This document shows positions 27,007 through 39,118 of a stretch of 64,000 nucleotides of DNA, piece after piece. The translations under genes were made by a program, and so were the position numbers. Every line of letters starts with the position of its first letter. Position 1 is the first letter of the stretch. The DNA lies in NCBI GenBank assembly GCA_028534125.1, contig CM052816.1:80168001-80232000 (forward strand), read 5' to 3'. Under the pieces are notes generated by a model. That model was not told the origin of the DNA, searched no databases, and saw only the letters and a list, made by a program, of their open reading frames with translations. Origin of the DNA: Lama glama (lineage: Eukaryota).

Positions 27007-27954
27007 GTTGGCTAAACTTCACCTTTTAGTGATTAATTCAAAGAAAGCATATGGAAGCTATATTCCCTGAATTCTTGTACATTTAAAAACATTTTTCTGG
27101 AGCCTTATTTTCAGGTCACTTTTTTCCTTTTAACACTTGGAAAGCATTGCTCTTTTAACTTCTAGTCTTGCACATAGTTATGGAGAAAGTTTGAAGCTGG
27201 CAGAACTCCTTGAATTTCTTTTTCAGCTCCCACTGCCAGACACACAAGGGAGGCCATCCTGGCCCAGCCCCAGCCGAACGACAGGAAGACTTCTGCCCCA
27301 TGACTGACCCCAGGAGAGACCACCCAGAGACCTGTCCAGCTGAACCCAGAGCAAACTGCTGACCCTCAGGGTCTTCAGCAAATAAAATAGCTATTCTTTT
27401 AAGCTACTACGTTGGGATTGTTTCTTACTCAGCAACTGATATCTGACATACTGAGCTGGCAGGGATTCTCCCTGCGTCACAGTGCAGTTTCTAAAGACTC
27501 AAGCTTATTTGAGTGGATGAGTAGTGGCTTTGTTTCTGTCTAGCTAGCAGATAGCCACAGCTGCGGGGCCGCTCATACTGCAATGTGGAAACTCTCCCAT
27601 CCTGGCTCACCGACAGCCTGCTTCCTGCAAATATGGGGACTCTGAGTGAATCCTGTCCCAGCATCCCAGTCTCAACTTCTTTTTTTACCCCTCATCTTCC
27701 TGTAAGGGCCAAACCTGGCTCTGCTGATTCTGGTCCCGCCATCTCTGTAAGCATCTCTGTGCACTCGTGTTTGAATAGCAGCAGATTGGTAGCCTTTCCC
27801 CAGATACCGCAGCTAGGATCATAGATGCTGCTTAGTTTCATCACAGATGAAGTTGCATTTCTGTTTCTTGACTTTGGGGGGTGTGGGGTGGTGGTGGTGA
27901 TTTCCTAAGAAGAAAGAAGCAGTTACATATTTGCTCTGCCATTTAAACACTAAA

Positions 27955-28085
27955 TTTTTAGATTTATAATAGTAATTAATAATAATACTATAATATTATT
28001 ATATAGTAAGTTATATATTATATAATAAAATAATATAATAATAGTATTATTATATTACTAATAATATTTTAGAATAATAAAAATT
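27955..28085. repeat. AT-rich low-complexity tract (TAA/TAT-like)
   Basis: Visible directly; almost no G or C. Confidence 0.9.
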
Positions 28086-29579
28086 TAAGAACGAAGATTA
28101 ACATAGGATTGTCACCTTTTTATTTTCTCACACTAGGATATTTTAAAAAGCAGCTATTTTTTATTATCATCATATTTTCAAAACAGAAAGTTGTTGTAAC
28201 ACCTAACTAATTGCAAAGCATATAAACTCAGAAAGAAGAGTGGCTCTCCTTACAGGAGAACTGACATATAGATGTACATTTTAGCATTTCTGTTTACGGG
28301 AAATACTACTTCTTGGAGACGCAGAAAAATTACAACTTAAAATCAGATTTTACACAATTTTCCTTTAAGCGGCCTGTCAAGAATGTGGGCTTACAAACTG
28401 TACAGGGAAACTATCTTTATGTTTCGGAAGAAACTCATCTCCCACCCCCCCAAAACGAAATAATCATTACTGCCTTAAAGTCATGATGATTATTTGGTGC
28501 TGCATCCGGCTTCGTACTTTCTTATCTTAACACAGTAAACTTTCATAATCTCCTCTGGCTCAAATCTCCTCTGACTTGAGGCCTCTGTCTGGATAAACTC
28601 CGTTGTTTATTTGCAGGAAGACATTCAACAGAGTTGGGGTCTTTTGGGAGGCAGGGAAAGGGCTTTGTGGCAGGATGAGGTTCACCAGCACCGCCGATTT
28701 GGTTTCCCCTTTCTTCCCATCACTGCCTGCCCCGTCTGCAGTGGCTGCTGGGACCTGTGGGGCAGGCCCAGACTCTGAGATTTACCTATGGATCCAGTCC
28801 CCAGAATCCAGTGCGGTCAGGTCACATCTCTCTCTAGCACTCAGTAGCTCTCCAGTAAACGCTTGTGGAATAAGAACTGAGTGGCTCATTGCAGGGATCA
28901 CCAAAGTGTCCTGGGGGCCACGTGCTGAGATGGTCGCCCTGACATCCCACGCAGGGCGGGGCCCACCACAGGGGGCCTCAACAGCTCAGGAGCACAGACA
29001 CATTAGTGCACACAGAGCCCCCAGACAGCAGACACCCACACAGTGCAGTTGAAGATATTCTTTTCTTCTTCCCAGAGAAAAGGAATAAGGAGACATTTAG
29101 AAACCCAAGGAGAAGGTCTGGGAGGGGCTGATGGCAGAGTGGCCTGTGATGCCCAAGGACTGTCTTCGTCAGAGACTCTGGGCCATTTTGTGGGAGCCCT
29201 GGGACTCCACTGTATCCTGGATCCAGTGCCCCTTCCCACTCACACACAAAACCCTAGAAAGGCAAACCCTGCTCTCCAGGGCGGGCCTTATGGCTGCCCC
29301 TCTGACCAGTGGCCCACCAGGAAAACAAAGTCTGTGGCTAAAAACACGAGCGTGCACACTCCTGCGGGAAAACAGGCCGGGCTTCTTGCAGCCCCTCCCA
29401 AAAGCCCAGCGTTGGCTCAGTGGGGCCAGCCCACCCTGCTGCCGGCTTCTCTTCTCCCTGCTGATTTTATTTCTAGCTCCATTCACTTGCCACTGCTTTC
29501 CCTCCCTTGAAATCAGACCCCAAGGAGAGTGCTGTCAAATCCCCCAGACCCGGTAGGGGTCACAGAACAGGGACACAGA

Positions 29580-29750
29580 AACTGGGCTTTGAAGGCTGGG
29601 CTTCGGTGCTGGCCCTGCGCTCGCTAACTGTGTCATGGGAGCCCAGTCGCTAAATCTCCTTGAATATCAAGTTTCCTCATCTTTAAAAGGTGCTGAATGC
29701 TGGTACCTGACTCCCACACTGCAAGGTGGCCAGAGCCCAAATGAGGCAAA
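29580..29750 (+). mobile_element. MIR SINE fragment
   Basis: Motif actgggctttgaag...gctaactgtgt...taaatctccttgaatatcaagtttcctcatctttaaaa. Confidence 0.6.
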
Positions 29751-30057
29751 TGAGAACCGAGATGAGAAGTGGGGATAACTAAGTTGCTAATTGCACCTCC
29801 CCTCTGGTAGGAACTTACCTCAGTTACCAGTGATCAGGAAGGATGTGCAGGGAGGGAGAGAGGGAAAGGGAAAGAGAAAAGCACTTTACATAGTTTCAAC
29901 TACTCTAAAAACTCCTCTATGGTTTCAGCCACTATAGAAATGACATTCACAACATAAAAGACTAGAAGAAAATGTAAGATCTTAAGGAGTGGAGATTATT
30001 CCTAAGTGAGAGGTTTATAATTTTTACTTTCTGATTTTATAATAAAAAGATACATTT

Positions 30058-30121
30058 GGGGGGGGTATAATTCAGTGGTATAGTGCAGAGGTCCTGAGTT
30101 CAATCCCTGGCACCTCCATTA
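30058..30121 (+). mobile_element. Vic-1-like SINE lacking the anticodon arm
   Basis: A-box-like (taattcagtgg) and B-box-like (gagttcaatccc) motifs. TSD aaaaagatacattt (30044-30057) / aaaaacatacattt (30122-30135). Confidence 0.8.
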
Positions 30122-30710
30122 AAAAACATACATTTTAAGATGGTCCTCTCTCCCCAGTTCTTCTGCCTATTCCCCCAATTTTCCCAGCACCAGGCAATTC
30201 CACCCTACTTAACATCCACAGTGTCAGAGGGAGCTGGGGACCAGGGCAGGAGATGTCCTGGGGTCTTTGATTTCTTAGGCAGGCAGGGCAGGAGGAGAAA
30301 CCCTCTTTGAAACGGAGGTCTCAATTATCAAAAGCTTTTAAATTGCAACCAGAGAAGCATAGTGTCAGGCACTTAACTCAACACAGAGACTCTGAGGAGG
30401 TGACCTGCAGATTTCCCAGGTTAGGAGGGGTCCCATCCGGCAGACACAGGGTAGAGACGGGCTTCAGAGCTCCCCTTCCCAGATGGTCCCAAGGCAGCAG
30501 ACAGACTCAACAAGACATATTAATTATCACATTCAGGGTGGTTCTACTGTAAAAGATACATGAGGGGGACCAAGTGAAGGAAACCCTGTGTCCTGTGATT
30601 GTTAAAAAGAATCCAAGTTCCTCCGATGTAAAAACACAAAGAATTTATCAACAGTCAAAAGCTGAGAATGAATATGAAATAAACTTTCCTTTAAAAAGAC
30701 TTTCTTTTGT

Positions 30711-30836
30711 GGGGGCGGGTATAGCTCAAGTGGTAGAGTGCATGCTTAGCATATACAAGGTTCTGGGTTCAATTCCCAGTACCTTCCCCAAAATTAATTA
30801 AATAAACAAATCTAATTACCTCCCCCTGCAAAAAAA
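30711..30836 (+). mobile_element. Vic-1-like tRNA-Ala-derived SINE (long-tail form)
   Basis: GGGGGCGGGTATAGCTCAAGTGGTAGAGTGCATGCTTAGCATATACAAGGTTCTGGGTTCAATTCCCAGTACC, followed by the tail aataaacaaatctaattacctccccc and an A-run. Confidence 0.9.
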
Positions 30837-30859
30837 TTTTTTTAATCAAGCAAATAGAA

Positions 30860-30970
30860 AACAATTACAAACACCTGGAACCACTAAGTGAGTTCAGCAA
30901 GTTCGCAGGACACCAAGTCAGTTGCATTTCCATGTACTCACAATGAACGTGTGGAAATGGAAATTAAAAA
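30860..30970 (+). mobile_element. Degenerate L1 ORF2 fragment inside the SINE's TSD pair
   Basis: taagtgagttcagcaagttcgcagga...tcagttgcatttccatgtactcacaatgaac...gaaattaaaaa matches the L1 ORF2 region just downstream of the RT active site. Confidence 0.75.
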
Positions 30971-31599
30971 AAAAAAATAAAAAGACTTTCTATTAGAGAA
31001 GAAATACATGCTCATTATACAAAGTGAAGAAATATGTAGAAAAGTCTAAAGAAGAAAATATTATCAAGACATCATCACCCAAAAAAGACAGTTAACATTT
31101 TGGTACGTCTCTTTCAGTTTATTTTCTATTGGGAATAAAAAGAAAGAAAAATCATTATTGAGAATACTTAGGTTTCTGCTAAACTTACATCAGTTATATA
31201 TATACATATATATATAATGTGATACATATTTTTCCCATATCCTGAAAAAGTCATTGTAAATAAATTTTTATTGGTGGCAAAAAAGAATTTCATTGAATGA
31301 ATATACCAAAGTTTATTTAAGCATGTCCTTACTGTAGGGCAGTAAATGGGCTCCTAATGTTTTTGCAGTTATAAATAATGAGAAAAAAATCTGAGTATTC
31401 AAATCTGTGTCTATAGCTCTGGTCATTCCTGAATGATGAATTCCTACAAGTGGTATTACTAGGTCTCTTACGCATGTGTCTACAATTTCTCTGAGCTGGT
31501 CAGTGATTCTCTTACCTCACTCACCTGCCAAACTCAATAGCTTAAGTAAAACACAGCTTTGCTAAATTAATCATTATTGGCATAACTTTCTGCCATAAT

Positions 31600-31865
31600 G
31601 GGTAATAGAATCCAAATGCAAAATATTTTGGCAGGCTGGAACAGTGACTCAGATGTTACCGATGAAAGATCTTGGGGTAACAATCTGGCATTTAAGTCAC
31701 TAGACTGAATGGCTGAAATACAAGTTGGAAGTGACATAACAGCTAAGAAGAGTCACGTGAATCCAAAAAAGCTCACCATCTTAGGTCATGTTAAGAGAAG
31801 TATGGAGTCCAGATTCAAGGGTGACAGCCCCCCGCTCTGTGTGGTCAGACCTACCCTCAGCATTT
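31600..31865 (+). mobile_element. CR1/L3 LINE fragment
   Basis: ggcaggctggaacagtg and caaaaaagctcaccatcttaggtcatgttaagagaagtatggagtccagattcaaggg...tggtcagacc resemble the 3' part of L3 ORF2. Confidence 0.65.
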
Positions 31866-32657
31866 GACCCCCACACTGTCGAGAGAACAGTAACAAATGG
31901 TCGATGCTCCAGGAGAGATCAGAATAACGAAATTAGAACGCGCGTTCTTTCACTTCTCTGTGCTAGAACCCGGTAGCCACGTCTACATTATAGACACCTG
32001 CCCCCGGCTGAGGGCTGACTGATCCAGGGCGGGGCCTCTGAGCCCAGATGGGGCTTCAGAGTCTCTGCAGGAAGATGAAATTTGGAATTGAGAGACACAG
32101 ACAAGAGTCACTGATCCTTGTTGTGTGCATGGCGGGGCTATAGTAAGAGGAGCTCGGACTCCTGCCGTGAACTCCCCGAAGCTGCTTTCTCAGAAACGTA
32201 GATGTTTAATTCTCTTGATCCTATGAGGCGTCCCAGGTAAAGCTAACCAGAGCCTGTTTCACAACTTGTAACAGAAAAGAAAGAACCTTAACTAATACAC
32301 TATGAGAGATGTTGAAACTACCCTGGTGTTTGTTCTGGGGGAGAAAAGACTATGAGGGAATGTGAGAACTGTAGGCAAATATTTGAAGGTCTGACCATGA
32401 AGAAGCTGGTTAAGACTTATTCCTTGAGGTCTCAGAGGGCAGAACTGGAAGATGGGAAGGGCTCCTTCGGGAGAGTCAGTTGTCATGCAAATGTCCACAC
32501 ATTTTTGTGCCACCACGTGACAGCACTGTTGTCCAGGGCGGCAAGCAGTGGACGTTACTATTTTTAGAGCATTGCTCTGAGCCTGACAACTTGCATGTAC
32601 ATCCCCTTCCGCCATTAAAACCACCCAGGGCTCTTCCGGGGCAATGTCTAGAATTTT

Positions 32658-32674
32658 GGTGCCCCCTAGTGGTT
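32658..32674 (-). promoter_or_regulatory. Candidate CTCF motif (consensus match)
   Basis: The reverse complement is AACCACTAGGGGGCACC. Confidence 0.55.
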
Positions 32675-33757
32675 AAGGATAAAAACAACATACTCTCCTA
32701 GGTCAGGCTCCTTCAAGGCTTCAGGAAGATAGCAAGCAGTTTTTATTAAATAGTTCTAACCATTCTGTCATTCTTGATTAAATTAAACTCAGTAAAGGTT
32801 GTTTCTATATCTTAAAAGAATAAGCCAAATAATTTCGAGAGTTTTGCAGTGGTTTCCTTTGCCTGCTCTATGCTTCGATTCTCTTAGTCGTACGGTGTCA
32901 GGAAGGTTGACAAAACTGCCTGTCTATTCCCTCCTTCCCCCATACGTGTCTCTACCCATCCTCCTCCATGCCCTTTCCAATCAGATGACTCAGTTCCCAA
33001 CAGCAGATCTGAAATGCAAGTGATAGAAGGACAGTCCTACATCCCCAACGCCGTATCCTGTTTGTGCTCATCAGGAAATAAAGGACTATTGGCCAAGGAT
33101 CTATTGGACAAGAGCTCTCAGGCTTACCTATTCAACCTTCTTGTCCCTCTTCTTGGTCAGAGCCCAGATGACATCATGTGAATCCCTGCTAACACTCCCT
33201 AAGAGTCTGGAGAATTGAATGTTCTACTTTCAGCTTGACAGGACTTTTGAGGGTTGTTTGTAAAGGGACAGAAGGCATTTAATCAAACAAGTTTATTTGG
33301 CAATACCTTATTCTCCATGTTTACAAAGGCCATCCTTCCACTGGTCAATCTTCAGGGGCATTTTGAGAGGACTCTGAGTTTTTCTGAATAGGGCATCATA
33401 TTACAAAAAAATAATAAATCTATAACCACCTTTAGAGAATCTTGAAGAAATACAAGATGGACCCAATGTCAGTGGCTTACTTTAACCCATCCATAGTCTC
33501 CCCTAAACTCCAGGAAGGAAGATTGGATCTGGTGGGAACATTGCTTGACTAAAGGGTTGTTCTCTGAGTTTAGCCAACAAATGAGGGGGAAAGTACCAAC
33601 AGACCTCTGTTTAGCAGCTGCCTGCTAGCAGGTGGATGGATTACCCACCATCTTCTGCTACATCCCAGGAACTGGTAACTCACTGAGTGGGAAACTCAGT
33701 CACTTAGAAAAGAACTAGCTGTGTCTGAGATAGCATAAACACTAATCATGTCAAAGC

Positions 33758-34273
33758 TGTAAACTAAACAAGTGTAAGGGTGAAGTTCTTGTTCAGAATT
33801 TCATGAACAAAGAAGAGCAAACAGCATTGCTCACCACCCAGTTCTACAAGGGTTAAGTCATAACCGTGTCCCTGCTGCCTATGGACAGTGCACCCCAGCA
33901 GAATTCAGGTTGAAAAACAGGGTGAGGCACTCTGTGCTTTGGAAAAACAGGACGTTAGACAGTTAGATGCATCTTTCAGGAAGAATTTCAATGACACCAG
34001 ATTCTTGCATCTTCTCACACATAGGAAAGCACTGAAATCATTAACTTGACATATCTGTTCTTTGTGATTAACAGTGATCTTTTACCAAGATGTGTGCTTG
34101 ACTGCATGTATTTCCAGCCAAAAGTTATATATAAACTGGCTCCTCCCTTACCTTCTCAGAGCAGCTTCCTCAGAGCTAACTGAGTGGCTGTCTCCCAGGC
34201 TACAGTCCTCAGTAAGATCCCGAGTAAAACTTAAACCCACAACTCTTACGCTGGGTCTTTCTTTAAGTCGACA
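33758..34273 (+). mobile_element. ERV1 solo LTR (cetartiodactyl type)
   Basis: Ends in ...aagtcgaca. Has a TATA-like tatatataaa and a polyA-like agtaaa, and shares blocks with the LTRs at 48.3-49.8 kb. The 5' boundary is uncertain and there is no clean TSD. Confidence 0.75.
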
Positions 34274-34679
34274 GTTTGTATATGTGTTTGGGGGAGATTC
34301 ACTTAAAATGTCCCAAGGGCCTAAAACTATGCCTGATTCACAGCAGGAACTCTATAAATATTTCCAGAGTGAATAAAGGGGCAGAGGTAGGGATCACAGA
34401 CTCTCAGACTACAAGACAAGGTCAAGAACATCTAGCCTAGGAGATTCCAGAGCAGAATAAAATGTCTTATTTCAATTTCACTTTAAAAATATATATTTAG
34501 CTTGTGATAAAAAGTGCTTATTAAAATATACTCAAAATTATCGACACAGTCAAATGCATTACTTCATGCTGCCTGGTCAGCTCCTTTTGGAGGGGTCTGT
34601 TTTGCTTTTGATGACCTCAGATTCAGACCTGTTCTGCCCCAGCTAAGCAGTGCTCTGAACTAGCAAGGCAGGTACTGAA

Positions 34680-34745
34680 AACATAACAAAGCAAACAACA
34701 ACAACAACAACAAAAGACAAAAAAGAAAAAAGAAAAAGAAAAAGA
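34680..34745. repeat. (CAA)n / A-rich simple repeat
   Basis: Visible directly in the sequence. Confidence 0.8.
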
Positions 34746-35701
34746 GCATTAGTTTTTGCAAACATTTGTTATCAGTTAGGGTCTTTGTGATTAGCACAGC
34801 TAAAATACACACACAGATAGCCTCATTTCATTGCTTTGTAATAAATAATCCAATATGCATTCAAAGTTGTTTACATACATGAATGTATGCTGCATATTTA
34901 CATCAGTTTTTTTTTTAATAGTAGAGTTCTGGGGGCAAAATTGGGTGTTGCAAGCAAACAATTATAAAAAGCCCTTAAGTCAACCCCCTCTTTCTGCAGA
35001 GAAGGAAACTGAGTCGCAGGGCGATGAGCCCCGCTGATGGCTCACAATAATCAGAAGCAAAGCCCAGAACCTGAACCTCAGTTTTACTTCTTTCTTCATA
35101 TAAATTGTCCGGATTTTTTTCTGTTAAATGCAGTTTCGTTTTATATCGGTCCTCTTGCTGGCAAATGAATTCAATTATCTGACATGAATTTCCTTTTGTT
35201 TAGGGGCAGGAAAAATGTTACCAAACAGCCCGAAGTAGTTTCCTTTGAATTAACCCATAGTAGTTCTGAACGCAAAGCCACTGACTCATCATAAGATTGG
35301 GAAAGAGTTTTACAGCTGCAGCAAATCACAGGTCTATTGCCTGGCTTCTGAGCCCCAGCAGAAAGGAAGCCTCGCCAGGGGTCACACTGAAAGCCCTTTT
35401 GCCCTTCCTGAGTTGAGTCCAGCAGGCTGATGCAAGGACGCAGCAAGAACAGGTACTTAACCCACCCCCGGCCCACAGCCCGCCCAGGGGCCTGCTCGTT
35501 CCTTCCTTTGCAATCACCCGTAGGCTAGGATCACAGATGTGGAAATCAGGCCATGACCATGAGGGGGCGGGGGGTGATTTCCACAGCTCACAGAAGCAGC
35601 AGTGGGCAGGGCAGGGCTCAGATGCTGAAGTCTGGGCCTTTCCATCCTCAGTGGGCTCCACAGAGGATCCAAGGTGGCTCCTGGAGGTTGGAGGTAAATC
35701 T

Positions 35702-35951
35702 GTTTTTAATTGAAGTATAGTTGACTTACAATATTCTATTAGTTTCAGGTGAACAATGTAGTGATTCAGTAATTTTATAGATTATTGTATAAAGTTATAA
35801 AATATTGACTTGTTCTCTGTGCTGTACATTACATCCTTGTAACTTACTTATTTTATACCGAGTGATTTGTACCTCTTAATCCCCTTCGCCTAGTTTGCCC
35901 CTCCCCCTCACCTCTCCCCACTGGTAACCACTAGTTTTTCTCTGTGAGTTT
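35702..35951 (-). mobile_element. Short L1 3' end
   Basis: ttaattgaagtatagttgacttacaat...ctggtaaccactagtt. The TSD core ggtaaatct appears on both sides. Confidence 0.85.
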
Positions 35952-37459
35952 CAAGGGTAAATCTTATTCCATGAGCACTGTGGACATTTGCTTTTTTCTA
36001 CATCTGGAAAAGCTTGATGGATATTTGATAAGGTGAATTAAAGCATGGTTTGTGAAAAGTGTCTCTCTGCACAAGCAGAGAGACAAGGGTAGTAAGCAGT
36101 GACTTTCTGACAGATCTGGTCTGTGGAACTGACGTTTGTCATCCTTGCTGAGGGATATACAGATGGAAATGGTATGCAGAGAGGAGGCAGCCCAGGGAGA
36201 CATTTTCTAGTAAGTACCAGCTTGTAGTATTTTGGTTTTGCGTTGGAAATTATTTTAAAGACGCGTATATTATCATTTGGTCACAGAGGCATGCTTAATT
36301 GGTGTGGCAGGATACTTAAAAATCTGAGTTGTAAATTTGTTTCATTTCTTCTGTAGGATATAACACGTGGTCCTTCCTTGCTTTAAGGAAGGTTCATAGA
36401 AAGTTGAAAGCAAGTGTTGCCTCCAAACAGTCTCCTCTTAGATTTGTTTCCAAATCCCTAAATCCTTTGAGGAGGATAGAGTGTGAGGGTGAAAGAAGCT
36501 CTGACGGAAGCCTGAAGAGGGAAGTGGAGGATCCAAGCCCAACCGAGGGCAGCCAGAGGGCCCGGGGTCCTATCAGTAGAATGTGTCCGTGCCCTGGTCC
36601 ATGACAGCACCCTGAGGATGTGACAGGAGCTCGGCGGGACCAGCCCTGCTGGGCATCAGAGAGACTCATCCCGGATTCCTGGGCCCCCAAACTCCCCAAG
36701 GTGCCTGGGTCCCAAAAGAGGCACTAACTGTGCGCCAGATGGCGTCATGGGAGCTGGAACAAAGGGCCTCTCAGTGATCCTGAGCATGGACAGATGACTG
36801 ATGCCGGTGGGCCCCAGTGTGTTGGTGGAAACTTAAACCTTGGTACCACTGCCCTGTCCTGGGTTGAGTGGAAGAGGGAACAGCCCCGAGAATGACTGAG
36901 GCTGGGTCTTCCTTGGATCTCGGGGTAGTACGTGAGATGATTTATAGAAAATAGAGACTGTTAGTGTTTCTCACACCCCAGAGTCTGGGGACTGAGATTC
37001 ATTCCCATTGTATTATGTCAAAAGAGATGTGGTTTTAAACTTTTCTCCAAGATTGGAGGGGGAGCTTGGTCAAAGGAGGAGAGGATGAGTTCCAGCAGCC
37101 TGGACATTTTTTTTTTTTTGCTCTTCTCTGGAGGAGAAATATACTAAGATAGTAGAAATATGCTACTTAAAATCACAAAGGTGTGAAAGATACTCTATTA
37201 CACAAATAGACTTTTTAAAAAGGGCCAGAACTGGGCAATAGGGCAGCATTATAATTAGAATGTCTCCCAGCCCCTCTAGAAATCAGAAGTACTTAAATTA
37301 ATGTTTGTAGGTTTATAGAGGTTTTTACAAAATCATTTCAATTAACAAACAATTCTCCAACCAAATTCATAAAATTGCAAAGCAGAAATTGCTATGACTT
37401 TGTTGGGAGTAGGCAGTGAGGCCTTGTGTACTGTACACTGTGTTAAGAGTTCATGCTTA

Positions 37460-37990
37460 TATTCTGGCATTCCCCAATATCTATTCTCCGCTTTTCAAGA
37501 AATATATCCCCTAATTTTTAGCTGTCACATGGAATTCCATATAAAGATCTAATTCCTCAACCTCCCTTCCTGGTGAGAGTCTATGGCTCAGTTCTGCCCT
37601 TATTTTCAACGCCTTCTGACTAGCTGGAATGTGAGTGTGATGGCTAGAGTTCGAGGAAACACTTTTGAACCAAGAGGTGGAGGAATTTGTTGAAGGTGGC
37701 AGAGATAAAGATAGACATTCCCTGGGTCCTTGAAAATTGTTGTGCTGTCATGCCAACCCCAGACTTACTTTATATGAAAGAGAAATAAATTTATATTTTT
37801 AATACAGCATTTGATACATAGAAATGGCTTTTTGCGTGTTACAGAAAGTAAATTATTAGTAATGGTCTATAGGAAGTGGTAATGAAGAGGGCAGTGAGGA
37901 CTCAGGTATTGCAGACTGGAACATGGAGGTCTTTGTTATGCAGCAGCAAAATATTTAATTAAATTTCTACCTACTGCACTTGGAAAGGCT
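37460..37990 (+). mobile_element. Old MaLR LTR plus probable MLT1-internal remnant
   Basis: gctggaatgtgagtgtgatggctagag and tatgaaagagaaataaatttata, followed by gcagactggaacatggaggtctttgttatgcagcagcaaaatattt. Confidence 0.5.
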
Positions 37991-38039
37991 GCAGTGCAAA
38001 CTGTGGTTCTAGCATCTCCCATTAAAAATTCTCTGCCAG

Positions 38040-38367
38040 TCTGTTTCTGTTTTGTAGATGAGTTCATAGTGTCCTTTTTCTTTTTCTTTTTCTGGATTCA
38101 CAGACATAGTAAACAGTCTTATGGTTACCAGGGAAAAGTGGGTAGGAAGGGATAAATTTGGGGAGTTTGAGATTTGCAAGTGTTATATATAAAAATAGAT
38201 TTTTTTAAAGTTTCTGCTGCATAGCACAGGGAACTATATTCAATATCTTGTAATAACCTTTAGTGAAAAATGAATATATTTATGTATATGCATGCTGGGA
38301 CATTATGCTGTACACCAGAACTTGACACATTGTAACTGACTATACTTCAATTGAAAAAAAAAAAAAA
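38040..38367 (+). mobile_element. L1 3' end with inverted 5' segment
   Basis: Antisense segment 38040-~38097, then sense sequence to a poly(A) at 38354-38367. TSD ctctgccag (38031-38039 / 38368-38376). Confidence 0.9.
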
Positions 38368-39009
38368 CTCTGCCAGATGGTGGACATCACCACACGGTCA
38401 GAAACCAGCTGAAGGACGCTGCCCTTTGACCCAAGCATCTAGTTTCAGAGGCTATAAGGTAGCCCTCCATTCAGTTAAGCCATTTTGAACTGGTTTCAAA
38501 GTATAGAAACCAGTCAAAGACCAGAGTCCTGAGACTTTAAGATGCTGTCTGCAAGAGCTCTGATCAGCCCTGGGTAATGGCGACCACATGAGTCGGAATC
38601 TCTCCACCTGTCCTTCCCTCGAGCCATAAAATCAATATGGAACACAAACAACGTCACACAAGACCCAAACCTGTAGCACTTTCAGGAGACAGATCTATCA
38701 CAAACGTCAAATTGTAGAAAGAGAAATAGACACTTGTTTCAACAAAGATACAGCGAGAGCTCCTGCCACGGGCACCTGTGGGTGAGGAGAGCTGGGGAGG
38801 AGGACGAAGGTTAGATGAAGCTGAGACAAAATCGACCCCACAAGGAGAAAGTTGGGCACCAAGTGCTGGAGGACTGAACGCCCACCTGGAACTTGGTGGT
38901 TTTACAGCCTCGTCCACAGGGAAGGGCTGAGAAAATGAGGGGAGCAGAAACAGCAGCCTCAGAGAAGATAACTTCTAGGGAGAAAGACATCAAGAAAGAA
39001 ATGCCAGGG

Positions 39010-39102
39010 AAGGGGAGGAAAATTAGAGGAATGAGAATTGGAAAAGAAGAAGTAAAACTATCCTTTTATGGAGCTAACATGAAAATAAACTGGAAAATCT
39101 AA
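39010..39102 (+). mobile_element. Decayed L1 ORF2 reverse-transcriptase fragment
   Basis: The translation [21 protein letters not shown] aligns to L1 ORF2p [21 protein letters not shown]. The catalytic DD is lost. Confidence 0.8.
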
Positions 39103-39118
39103 TCAATGACAATATTAC

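Noticed and set aside
30711..30790. Possible tRNA-Ala(AGC) genes (also 44093 and 9582)
   Set aside because: They have SINE tails and TSDs, and their stems are disrupted. They are SINEs, not tRNA genes.
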